Source: Octopus vulgaris (Eukaryota). Taken from it: a stretch of DNA of 64,000 nt. Positions 26,445 through 38,230 of this stretch are shown here, in pieces. The stretch lies in assembly GCA_951406725.2 (NCBI GenBank), contig OX597814.1:55428001-55492000 (forward strand). Direction: 5' to 3'. The position numbers were made by a program, and so were the translations under genes. Below the pieces are notes generated by a model that saw only the letters and a list, made by a program, of their open reading frames with translations, was not told where the DNA came from and did no database searches. Each line of letters opens with the position of its first letter. Position 1 is the stretch's first letter.

Positions 26445-26951
26445 TGTTTAAGTGAATTTAACTGTCTTACTGTATTTTAAAAACAGCTAACAGGTCTTCT
26501 ATGCTGCAATCATTTTAGCACACTGTCCAAGACCAAATCCCTTGCCTGGCCAGTATGCCGCCGAAATGTAGAAGATATAGAATTAAATTCTTTTTAAAAC
26601 TATTGTGGTGGTGCTATATAGCATGGTCAGAGTAGAATGGTTGGAACCATGAAAAGAATAAGTGGTTATTTTCTGTGATTTGGTTATTAATTCTGTCACT
26701 AACAAGACTTCAAACATGAATTGTACATTTTCTGATTTTTAATCCTTTAGCATTCAAATCATTCTGTCAAATGTTCTGCTTTTTCATTCACATTGTTATT
26801 AATTGATTATGCACTATCTGGTAGCTTTGGGATTTTGATGATGAGATTGTATATTATTTAGGGGCATTGACAAGTAAGTGTGATAGGCTAGATCCGGCTG
26901 GTTAGAACATAAGGCAGAAAGCTTATTTGGGCTGGATATGGCTGGTTTAAA

Positions 26952-27556
26952 TATGTAGTACAGTATTAACCATTACTTGGGGTATCCACTGCCATAGATC
27001 TGAAATCAGAAGATTTGTGTACTTATAAATGCCCCAGTACTAATCTGATAGTGAACTATTTTCCTTTAGTTAACATTATTGCTAATTCTATATCTTATTG
27101 TGAGCATTGTTGTATCACTTAAGACTGAGTTGTCAGATTCTCTTGAAACATATTCATGGCTAATAAATTCTGTTAAATCCAATTCAGGCACATAACTGAA
27201 TTTGATACAGTAAGAAAAAAATCAAAATTTATTGACAGAATATAAACAAAACATTGAGAATGCACAAAAAGTGACCCCACCACCTGTTTTGGACACTTTA
27301 GATTGTAAATGAAATTAGGTGGACCAAAACTATGTGGAAAGTTCCTCAGATTAATTGTTTTTCTTCTTGGGTGATACAATTTAATTCCTTACCCAGTTTA
27401 ATACCAATGTCTGGTTCTTGGATGTATTTAGCAGAGTCCACTCTGACAATAACTCATGAATCATTGTTTCTTTTCTTCTAGCTAAAGCCCTAAAAAATAT
27501 TCATGTATTTAACAGGCAGTGGATACCCCAAGTAATGGTTAATATTGTACTACATA
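26952..27556. repeat. 42-bp inverted repeats (26952-26993 / 27515-27556) around a 521-bp spacer
   Basis: TATGTAGTACAGTATTAACCATTACTTGGGGTATCCACTGCC versus its reverse complement, one mismatch. Confidence 0.9.
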
Positions 27557-28658
27557 CTTGACTGACACACTGAAATCTTTCTCAATCAGGTCTCATGGAG
27601 GTAAATAGGTATCATGTAAACACTTATGTAAACTGCAGGAACACCACTTTATTATTATTGAATATTTCTATTAGTTTGCAATTCTGAGCTGATGTTTTCT
27701 CTAGTTCAGTAGGGCTCTAATAGAAAACTTGCCAAGATTCAAACCCTAAAGTTTTAGTATTATTTAGTATTTTTAAAGCATAGATCATGACCTTGTCTCT
27801 CAAGAAATTTGGTTTGACGACAACGGCAGCTGTGGCAACGGCGACGACGACGACGATGACAATGACGACGACGACTATCTTGGCAACAGTAAAATTGGTT
27901 TATTTGGTGTTTTTCCATTAATCAGAAATATCAGCTTGCTCTTTCTTGACCCTACTAGCCATCACTCATTTTCTTCCCTTCTATAAAAATAGACGAATGG
28001 ATCTTTCACCAGAACTGAGTTGCAGGTGTAGTTTTCAAAAGAGAAAGAATATTTATTGAAGAAAGAGAATACTTGATCCTCAACTTTGGCTGTAAACTGA
28101 GAGTAGACTGCAACAGCAACACCACAACTGGCTAACATTAAGGTGGCAAGCTGGCAAAATTGCTAGCATGCTAGGTGAAATGCTTAGTGGTATTTTGTCT
28201 GCTGCTACGTTCTGAGTTCAAATTCTGTCGAGGTGGACTTATTACAACAGCATTATGCTAGCAGTTCAACCAAATGTATACTGAAGTTTTCTTTACTAAA
28301 GATATTTTAACTTTTCCTTTCTCTGTTCCAGTAACAATTCAAAACTATTTTCTATAGCATTTGAAAAAATAAATATTTTTTTACATCTGAGAAGCATTAT
28401 TCTTTTCAAGATATCTCTCACTCACCTTTCTTCTCAACAACATGCCTACTCCAAACATAACTGCTGATCTCCACCAAAAGACTACAAAGTCCTTCTATTA
28501 CATAATCACTCAAGTAGCCAGTCTTTAATTATGGTGAGCCTTGTATGAGATCCAAGTTTTTGAATTGGTAATGTAACTGTATCTTTCAAGTAAGACATTT
28601 GCACTGACTAACAAAGTTGTCCCGCTGAATTATGTCATAGTGGTGGCGGTGGTGGTGG

Positions 28659-29362
28659 TGTCTCTTGTGTACAGAAAGAGGATCCCTTCAACTGTTTCCC
28701 AGGGCCTTAACTGATCGTCACTTCCACTGGTGACATGACCAAGTGCTCAAGGAAGCTGCAAAGGTGATAACAGCCATTCAGTCCCTGTAAACACCGGCCC
28801 AGAAAGGAGGTCATCACCTTTTTCATGGCTGGAGGGAAGCCTTGTTCACTGAAACGTCAATGACTGTATCTACGTTCAACAGCCGAGAACGGGTCACAGC
28901 AAACAGATAAAGTCTAGTCCCCAGAATACATCATACTAATGACACTCCACCCAGCCATAGTAATTTTCTCAAATTCTACAAAACAGATGAGAAATGACTG
29001 TGCCCTGGGAAAAACACACGAAGGAAGCTCGTGAGAGAAAGCTTGCTAAATACCATGAGTTGATAGAACATTACAGAAGCCAAGCCTGGCAGATGCATTG
29101 AGATTCAACAGAAGAAGCTGCTGGGGATTCGTGTGGCGTTCATTCGGCAAAGCGCTGACAAGTGCTACAAAAGAGGAGGCCATACATTTGATCAGTGAGG
29201 CTTCAGAGTGGGCTATTAGATGGCTTTGGATAAAAAAACGCTGACCAGTGGCTTGTCAAATCTGAGATGTAAGATGCAACTTGATCAGCTGGGTGGGTGG
29301 GTGAGGGTGTCTGATGTTGAAACTCCCTAAGACCTCCAAAATATCACAGATGATGGAGCGTC
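28659..29362 (+). mobile_element. 3' fragment of an RLE-type non-LTR retrotransposon (HERO-like, R2 group)
   Basis: Degenerate CLLC..GSL, W*HDQVLK, ITFFMAGGKP, TLHPAIVIFS, EMTVPWE..EARERKLAKY and RWLWIK motifs, plus a GAGGGTGTCTGATGTTGAAA 3' UTR. Confidence 0.8.
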
Positions 29363-30836
29363 CGGGAGATGTATCTTGGAACTGAAGAAGGGAGGTTACT
29401 CTTAAGTGAATGTGAGTTTAAAATAAATATACTGAACTTAGCGGCCTTTAAGACGCAAATATTTTTTCTAAATGTATACAGAAACTTGCCCTGTATGTAA
29501 TACAACTGTTTAATATTCCGGATAGGAGACCGACCATCATAGACTAGGGAGGTGAATGACCACAAGTCCGTTTACAACTATAATTTTTACTGATAATACA
29601 ATATTTTAAACGAGCCAAATTATCATAGACTGTTATCGTAAACTTACGAAAAAATGCCCACACTACGTCGGCAGTTGTTATGAGGTCACATAATCTCATT
29701 ATACTTTCTTCCTCGGCGTATATAACTCACACATGATATGTCTTACTATTTCATGGTTCTGTTGTTAAAAACATTTTCATTTTATTATACGAAAAATTCA
29801 CCAAGATAATGACAACAAAACTAAAGTGATGGTGTACCACCCTCATAGCCGGTCGCGGTTACTCACAACATCTCAGACAAAATACGAGTTTTTAATCCAA
29901 TATAGGAATTCTCTTGACCAAAATCTAAACAATTATACAGTTCACCCGAAGATAATGTTGAAATACGCTCTTCCATAACATAGTTTATTTCTGATAAATT
30001 TATGATTCCATACTTTATTCCACTATACCATCACAATATTGCATTTGCATGTACAGAACCATATATTTTCCCCCAGTAAATCACTTAAAACGTCTTTCAA
30101 GAATTTGTTTTTACGCCTGCCAACAGTATTAAAAATTAAGAAGCAATGGGACGTGGTCAAAGGGAGATAACTCTCCTCCGTTATGTTCAAATCCTTAAAC
30201 TTTACATCGTCCAGTACAATTGAGTAATGCATGGATATTATTGCATGCACTCGTCATTGATCTTCTGTAAGTACAGTTGTGGGTGATAACACTAGCAGAT
30301 AAGTGAGAGGGTATCAAAAATGAATAAAGAATACCGCATACAAGTAATTACTAGATAAAGTAATTAGTGTAGCATATAATTCTTGGATAAATAATGGTTC
30401 GCTGTTCAGTGTAGGCCCTTGCCTTTTAAGATGAAATAATTATCCACGGCTTCCAACCATCGTGTCTTTTTATATTCATGTTTGTGATTCTATTTGACAC
30501 GTTGAATAAAACTATGAACTCAGAGTAACTCCAGTTAAATGCTTTTACTCTGCTCACATAATCCCGTTCTGAGCAACCATGACGTAACATAAAAACAGTA
30601 TTGACTGAATTAAATTATTTATAATGCATCTCCGGTATTGAGTATATTTCCTTCTGTGTGTTACTAATAGCGTACCTATGACCATGATGATTTCCAATCA
30701 AGTTGAATATTGTAATATGAGCAGAAACATACGCTGAAACATGGAAGAGTCATGCACCCATACGTTTTCCTGAAATATTGCCATCCTAACAAGAAACTTT
30801 TACTTACTGTTAGAGGAAACTGAGAGCGTATTAAAG

Positions 30837-31798
30837 AAGGTTGAAGGGGAAACGGAGATGATACACTTGGCTTATGTCAAACAGAAAACCTATTTCATCA
30901 AAGACATGAAAAATCTTTTCATGGCAGAGGCCCTGACTAAGCTTATGAAAACGTTAAGTTTGCCAACCAAAACGAATTAAAAGAATATCTATAACCCAAA
31001 TTTCCAGCAGCCTATTTGTGAAAGCAGATGAAACCAAAAACCTATACAAGATTGGCAAAAATGCGAATAACATTGCTAAGATATACAAAACAATAGCGCT
31101 AAAACATAGTGTTGAGACAATGAACCTAATTGTCTCAACACTTCAAATTAATCGACCACATAGAATGCTTCAACAAACGTAAACCGTACTTTTGTATCGT
31201 ATTTTTTACTTGTTTCTGTCATTAGATTGCGGCCATGCTGGGGTACCGCTTTGAAGTTTTAGTCGAATGAATTGACCCAGTACTTAATTTTTGTTAAGCC
31301 TGCTACTTACACAAAGGCACGCACAAATATTTTTTTTTTTCACACGAGAGTTCCGGACCCCAGTTATAAACTCTTTTGCATACAGCTAATCAGAATTCAA
31401 CTATCAAATTAATTTATGACCGCATAACAAGTGATGGGCGATAAGATAAAGTCACTTGGGTAAGAAATGACCATGATTCTTTTCTCTTTTAAGAATGCTT
31501 GTTGCTCTTGTTTTTGTTTCAACCGTGGTTGCCTCTGCATAGTTATTTGTGTTGTTGTTTACTTTGTAAAACAGTAAGGGGAGAGGGGTGCTAGCACATC
31601 ACCCTCTGCCCACATTTTTCCCATTCATATCTTTACCATATGGGGCTCTAACAAAATCTGGTAATAGGTATAGATGCAAATCTATCTAGTTACTTGTCTC
31701 CTAAAATCAGGCATAACTTGGGGATTGGTCGACTTACAACTTATAATGTCTAAAAGTTGATGAACCACCTATTGTTGATCCCCTCCATTTTCTTATTG

Positions 31799-31841
<43 letters not shown>

Positions 31842-32258
31842 CTCAGTATCTTTTCTTCTTAGGATCTACTTTTGGGAATTCAGTGTTCTTTCTTTTCCTT
31901 GTACGTGTGGTTTCTACTTCTTGTAATGGTGTCAGAACACAAAAAGTGTCATATACCCAATTAATTGGTATTTCTACTCTTGTTGTTACCTTTTTTTTTA
32001 CTCTTTCCTTAAGCTGATTTCTATATCTCCTTTCCATTCCATTTCTGCTTCTTACACCAAACATCATTCTTCCTATGTATGTTACAATTTTACCTTTTGC
32101 CCAGTATTACTTGCCATTTTTGTACATTCTTGTATACTTAACGTTTTCATAAGCTTGGTCAAGGCCTCTGCCATGAAAAGACTTTTCATGTCTTTGATGA
32201 AATAGGTTTTCTGTTTGACTTAAGCTAAGTGTATCATCTCCATTTCCTCTTCAACCTT
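30837..32258. repeat. Inverted duplicated ~120-bp segment (30837-30959 / 32136-32258)
   Basis: Both copies read KVE(G/E)E(T/M)EMIHLA.VKQKTYFIKDMK.LFMAEALTKLMKTL, in opposite orientations. Confidence 0.85.
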
Positions 32259-32791
32259 ATCACTTATTCTAAAGAATTTTGCTATGTCTTTACTAGCACG
32301 TATTTTTTCTTCACTGGTAATAATTTATCAAATACTGACTTCTCCTTACTGGTAAACATTAATTCTGCTGGTGAACTTCCTTCTGGCACATTTGGGTTTG
32401 GAGTTACCCTGTATACCCTTAAGAATTGTTAGATCATCAAATACCATTAACAACTTTTTGAGTTATTTTACACACAGACGGACAAACCAACGCTGATGAA
32501 AACATAACCTCTTTCCTTGGCAAAGGTAAAAATCGCTGAAAACAATTGCAGTAATGAAAACATAGGAATCCAAAATTTCAGGATTGTAGGTTCGGATTCG
32601 GCCTGGAATGTTTTTAATTTACTCACAGAGTCAGCCTGATTCCAAAATGGTATATGTTTGGCTACAGCCTCAATGAGTAAAGTCGAAAATGTGTGACAAA
32701 CTGACATACTAACATTCACATTTATTATATTAGATACAGTTAATTTTGGGGAAACTGTATTTCAATTAAAGTGTATTTTGTATGTGTGTGT

Positions 32792-32820
<29 letters not shown>

Positions 32821-32822
<2 letters not shown>

Positions 32823-34080
32823 GGGGTTGGACAAAATAATGGAAACACCTTAAAATTTCAAACAAATTAATTTTAATATGGGGTAGGACTGCCTTTGGCA
32901 GTAATTACAGCTTGAATTCTACAAAGTATGGACTTGTACAAAGTTTGAATTGTTTCCAAAGGAATTTTTGTTCATTCTTCAGCTGTCTCCAGTTCTTGTA
33001 GTGATGATGGTGGAGGATATTGACTACTTACTTGTTTTTCTAAAATGCACCATAAATGTTCAATAATATTGAGATCTGTGGACTATGGTGGCCAGATAAG
33101 ATGTTCAACTTCACTAGAATGTTCCTCGTGCCATTCAGTAACAACTTTAGCTGTGAGAATTGGCGCATAATCATCCTGAAGGATTGCTTTTCCCTCCAGA
33201 AACAGTTCTGCAACCATAGGATGAATTTGATCAGATTAAATGTTTAAATAGTCTTGACTATTAATTCTGCCATGAAGGGAAACCATTGGGCCAGAGGATT
33301 TGCAAGATATAAATCCCCAGATCATCACAGGTCCTCCTCCATGTTTAACAGTTGGAAGAAGACAGTCTGGGTCAAATGCTTCTTTTGGCTGTCTCTACAT
33401 GTATACTCAGCCGATGGTTGGAAATAAGGTAAAGGATGACTAGTCTGAGAAAATAACATCCTTCTACTGCTCTAGGGACCAATTCTTAAGTTTTTTACTC
33501 CATTCTAAATGATTTGCAATGTTTGTTTTTGAAAGTGGTAGTTTTCTGATTGCAGCCCTCCCATGAAATCCGGCTTTGTGCAGCTCCTGGTAAACAGTTT
33601 TTGTGGAAACTGGCTTCTTGAGGTGGTCATTAAGCTCTGCAGTAATTCTGGGAGCTGTACTTTTGTGATCCTTTCTAACAATTCACGTAAGAGTCCGACG
33701 GTCCCTACCTGAAAGTTTTGGTTTTCTTCCAGAGTTTTGTTTCGACGAGGAGGTTTTTCCCTCTTTCTCAAAGGCTTTCATTACTTTCGAGACAGTACTT
33801 CTTGATACACCAAACATTTCAAATCTTTTTGTTACACAAGTGCCTGCCATACGAGCACCCACAATTTGACCTCTTTGAAAGCCTGATAGATCTGTCATTT
33901 TAATGAATTTTAATTACCTTTTTTCTGATGATATCTGAAAAGAAGCAACAATTTTCGCAAAACATATTAAACAACACTAATAATAAATCAAGAAACATAA
34001 AAATAAATAAACTTTTGATGGTTTTATAGATATTTCAAAATTATGATGCTAGGTGTTTCCATTATTTTGTCCAACCCCTG
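32821..34080 (-). mobile_element. Tc1-family DNA transposon, 1260 bp, degenerate transposase
   Basis: Perfect 30-bp TIRs (CAGGGGTTGGACAAAATAATGGAAACACCT) and TA TSDs. Minus-strand HTH MTDLSGFQRGQIVGAR...GRKPKLS; DDE motifs VIFSD, LQDDYAPI, STDLNIIEHLW with stops and frameshifts. Confidence 0.95.
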
Positions 34081-34252
34081 TATGTATGTATGTATGTATG
34101 TATGTATGTATGTATGTATGTATGTATGTATGTATGTATGTATGTATGTATGTATGTATGTATGTATGTATGTATGTATGTATGTATGTATGTATGTATG
34201 TATGTATGTATGTATGTATGTATGCATGCATGCATGCATGCATGCATGTATG
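34081..34252. repeat. (TATG)n/(CATG)n microsatellite
   Basis: Directly visible; starts at the Tc1 TA target site. Confidence 0.98.
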
Positions 34253-35552
34253 TAAGAAAGCTAAAAATAAAAACAAATGATAGGGTTCAGTAGATGGTTC
34301 AGTATGCTGGCCACCGGAATTTCTGTCCAGGAAAGTTGTACATCATCTCCTTCTTTCTCTCACATACCCATTCTCTCTATCTTATTATTACACCCATTGC
34401 TACCATCAACACTACTACTTTTAATAAAACATCATCAACTCTCCCTAAATATGTATAAATTGCATGTTCAAATACCTCTACAATATCATTTGCTATTTGT
34501 GTGTGATATAAACCATTCAGAAATTTTCATCAATTTTTTCTTACACATTTGTTGTCATTAACAGTGTGTGCTTTTATTTTGTTTTCAAGCCTCTTTCAGT
34601 TGCTGATTACGTTTTGTGTTGAAACATTTTATGAGGTAGAATTTGTTTGTTACCTCTTATGCTTCATTGTCTATTTTCAGTTGATATTAATTTTTTTTTT
34701 AATATTAAATGCATGTTCTGTTAACAACTTCTTGGCAATATTTCATCTTATAGCAGTCTGCTTTAAATTTTAAATTTTCAACTGTTGCATGCTTTGCTGG
34801 CATTCTATAGAGAATTTATATTTCATTGCTTTAATGACAGTTAATATACTTTTAATGGTTTTCTTTTCAACATAACTAATAATAAGATTGTGTTACTATT
34901 AAATATTTATACATTGCCTTGCCTCACTTCTCTCTCATTTTGTATTTAACTGTATTTGATTATATATTATCTATAAACAAACAATACCCTTCTTTTGTTC
35001 TGTTTGCCTCAAAAGGTGACAACAATGTGAATGAGATGGGCTTAATTCTTCACCACACGTAAACGTAGATCAGATAATGGTATTTACAATGATATTGTGT
35101 TTAGCAACGAATACAAAGTGTATTAAAAATACATTGAAGTGTGTGTGTGTGTAAATATATTCAAATTTATTGGCAGTATTTAGGTAGTAATTTTTCATTT
35201 CTTTATAATGCACATTCTTTTAAAATAATTGCATTTCATCTTATAGATCTATTTTATGTTTTTTACTGTTGACTTTTCAGCTTTCTTCATTTTGTATGCC
35301 TTGCCAGCATTCTTCCCACATGCATACCATATGTGTACTTGTGTATATACACTATAGGAATGATTCAATAATATCAAATAAATGTGAAACATGCTATCTT
35401 AAAGATAGTATGTTTGCAATAATCTAAGAATGTAGGGTCAAAATGTCAAAGACATTTCCATTTTCACTGAGTGTCAACCTAATACATCTTGTTTGTTATT
35501 CCCTCACCTGTCTCTGTCTTGTTTTTTTTTGTTTTTCTTTTGTACATCTGAA

Positions 35553-35599
<47 letters not shown>

Positions 35600-35777
35600 C
35601 ATATTTACATACATATATATTATACACACTCACACATATATAAATGAATAGAAAATGGAGATGTACAACTGTCAATTCAAAAATTAAAATTTAACATAAT
35701 ATTATATTATATTATATTATATTATATTCTTATAATAATATAATATAATCTAATACATGATAAATATTAAATACAAA

Positions 35778-35858
35778 CTACATGCAATTGTTTTGATTCT
35801 GACCCATAATAAAATTATAAAAATCCATTGTTTGTGGGTAAGAATCTCTTCAGCGTAA
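35778..35858 (-). ncRNA. Type I hammerhead ribozyme relic
   Basis: Minus strand TTACG-CTGAAGA-GATTC..ACCCA...TGGGT..GAATC-AAAA-CAATTG-CA-TGTAG; palindromic stem III; G12>A and U16.1>C. Confidence 0.55.
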
Positions 35859-35990
35859 TTTTTGATATATGAGGATTCACAGATCCAAGAAAAGACTGAA
35901 TTTAAATACATTTATGTTTTCAGGCAGATTGGAATTAATTTTATGTATATATATATATATATTTATATGTATATATATATATATATATGT

Positions 35991-36320
35991 GAAGGTGCAT
36001 GGCTCAGTGGTTAGAGCGTCGAGCTTACAATTGTGAGGTTGTGAGTTTGAATCCCGAACTGGGCTGCGTGTTGTGTTCTTGAGCAAGACACTTTATTTCA
36101 CGTTGCTCCAGTTCACTCAACTGTAGAAATGAGTTACGACGTCACAGGTACCAAGCTGTATCAGCCTTGGATAACACTGGTGGCGTGGAGAGGGGAGGGT
36201 GGTATGCATGGGCGACTGCTGGTCTTCCATAAAAAAAAAAACCTTGCCCGGACTTGTGCCTGGGAGGGTAACTTTCTAGGTGCAACTCCATGGTCAGTCA
36301 TGACCAAAGGAGGTCTCAGC
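35991..36320 (+). mobile_element. tRNA-derived SINE
   Basis: A box TGGCTCAGTGG and B-box-like GAGTTTGAATCCC; inserted in a TA-rich tract. Confidence 0.8.
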
Positions 36321-36339
36321 ATATGTATATATATATTTA

Positions 36340-37355
36340 TTAATATCAACCAGACCATTGTGCACTGCTGGTCACAATGCACTTCCAGTTCTGTCTTGAT
36401 TGCATCTTTCTTTTCTATCTAGAACCAAATCGCTTAACTAAATTGTCTTTCAAGATTTCTCGGATACCACTTAGAAACTGTGTGGGCTCACTTGTTGTCT
36501 CTGAGTTTTTTGCAACATGTCTGACTCAGCAGAACTTGTGTTTTCAATTTTCTGCAATCACATCTGTTCTTGATTTATCTCATTTTGTAATGATATTCCT
36601 AGCATAGATCTTTCCATGGCCCTTTGTGTCATAGCCAATTAATGTTCTACCCTCTTTGTTTCACTCATGTATAAGAGTGCAGGTAGGATAGTGCTATTAA
36701 AAAGTCTGGCATGTATGATATTGTCTATCCTTGTTTTAACCACATCCTTTGCTGTGGTAAATGCTTTCCATCCTGCCCTTGTTCTCTATGAGATTTCATC
36801 ATCCATATCTTGGCACATATTCACAGTGCACTCTAAGTAGATGTACTCCTTTCCCTCTTCAATTTTATAATTTCCCACCTCTATTTGGTCTTGTGTTGTA
36901 TTTTCTGATAACATATTTTGCTTCCATGCAGTTAATTTTAAGGCCTACTGCTAAGCTCAGTCCTGCTCTGTCAGCATGGTCTGTGGTTTCAGCAATGAGT
37001 ACAATGTCATCTGTGAATCAGAGGTGTGTTAGTTACTCACCATTGATGTTCATGCCAGCTACCCAGTCGGTGTCTCTGATGACCATTTCTAGACATGCAA
37101 TAAAGAGCTTTGGAGAGATGGTAGCTTCTTGCTTGAGATCCTTCCCAATTATAACCCTAACTGGTGGTAACAGCAGAGCTTTATTAGTTGTGCATCTAGA
37201 GTCAGCATCTCTGAGCAGTTTGAAGTATTGTACCTTGATACCTTGCATTTCTAGGGATTTCAACACTGCATTCATCTTGACGTTATGAAAGGACATTTTG
37301 TAATCAACAAAAGTGATACACAGAGGAAGCTTGTATTCATTTGGTCCTTCTATGA
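36340..37355 (-). mobile_element. Degraded RTE LINE fragment
   Basis: Minus-strand motifs ITFVDYK, LKQEATISPKLF, MNINGE..HL*FTDDIVLIA. Confidence 0.75.
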
Positions 37356-37371
37356 GCTGTGTGTGGGTATG

Positions 37372-37408
<37 letters not shown>

Positions 37409-37565
37409 GCTCATACCATTATTACAATCAATATGTATCCACACTTATTGTTGTATGTTAGTCAAAATTAAAATGGAGAATAATGGAAATAATATTTACA
37501 GCGTTATTGTATAACAAAATAGGAAAGTGGAAATTTATTTTTCGCATTATCTAGCAAAAATAATT

Positions 37566-37660
37566 TTCTCTGTCTGACAAATTTCTAATAGGAAATTACT
37601 TATGTCTATCTAATATGTAAATCTTTGTAATTCCTATTAACAACTGAAACGCATGGAGAA
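37566..37660 (+). ncRNA. Hammerhead relic inside ~25-bp inverted repeats (37513-37536 / 37676-37700)
   Basis: TTCTC..CTGACAA-[TAATAGGAAATTAC...GTAATTCCTATTA]-..GAAAC-GCAT-G-GAGAA; G8>A and the cleavage triplet is missing. Confidence 0.4.
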
Positions 37661-38198
37661 TAAATAATACCAAAAAAATTTCTACTTTCCTGTTTTTGTT
37701 TTTATATATATATATATATATATATGCATGCTTGAATATATATATTTATAATTATTGTGAGTATGCAGAACAATGGTAAAAAAAAAGAAAAACTATGATA
37801 TGTTTGTTCATTTTTAACAAGTTCTAGTTTACTAGGACATGAATATGGCACTTACCATTAGGTTTTATCTTTGGAGAATAACTTCTCTCATTAGAAGATA
37901 AGTGTTGACAGCACACATTATTCAGTGATGTAGGGAATTCTTTATCTAAACAAGAACAGGTGTTCTTATTTATATAATTCAGAAAATGAAATTCACTGAT
38001 GTGTGCTAATGTCTTTCAAGCTGATATTAAATTCTTGTGATGAGCAAACAAAACAGTGAATAGCATATTTGATTTAACTCTGTTAGAATATGTTAAGAAT
38101 CTATGTACACACTATTACACACATACAGACACACACACACACATGCACACATATATATGCATATATACATACATATGCATATATATACATATATATGT

Positions 38199-38229
<31 letters not shown>

Positions 38230-38230
38230 A

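Noticed and set aside
27680-27745. TGAG-CTGATGT...GAAAACTTGCCAAGATTCA hammerhead-like string
   Set aside because: A9 is missing, stem II does not pair well and there is no clear NUH; too degenerate to call.
30023-30250. Minus-strand ORF with LLGENIWFCTCKC, resembling an LRR C-terminal cap
   Set aside because: No leucine-rich repeats upstream and stops follow immediately; probably chance.
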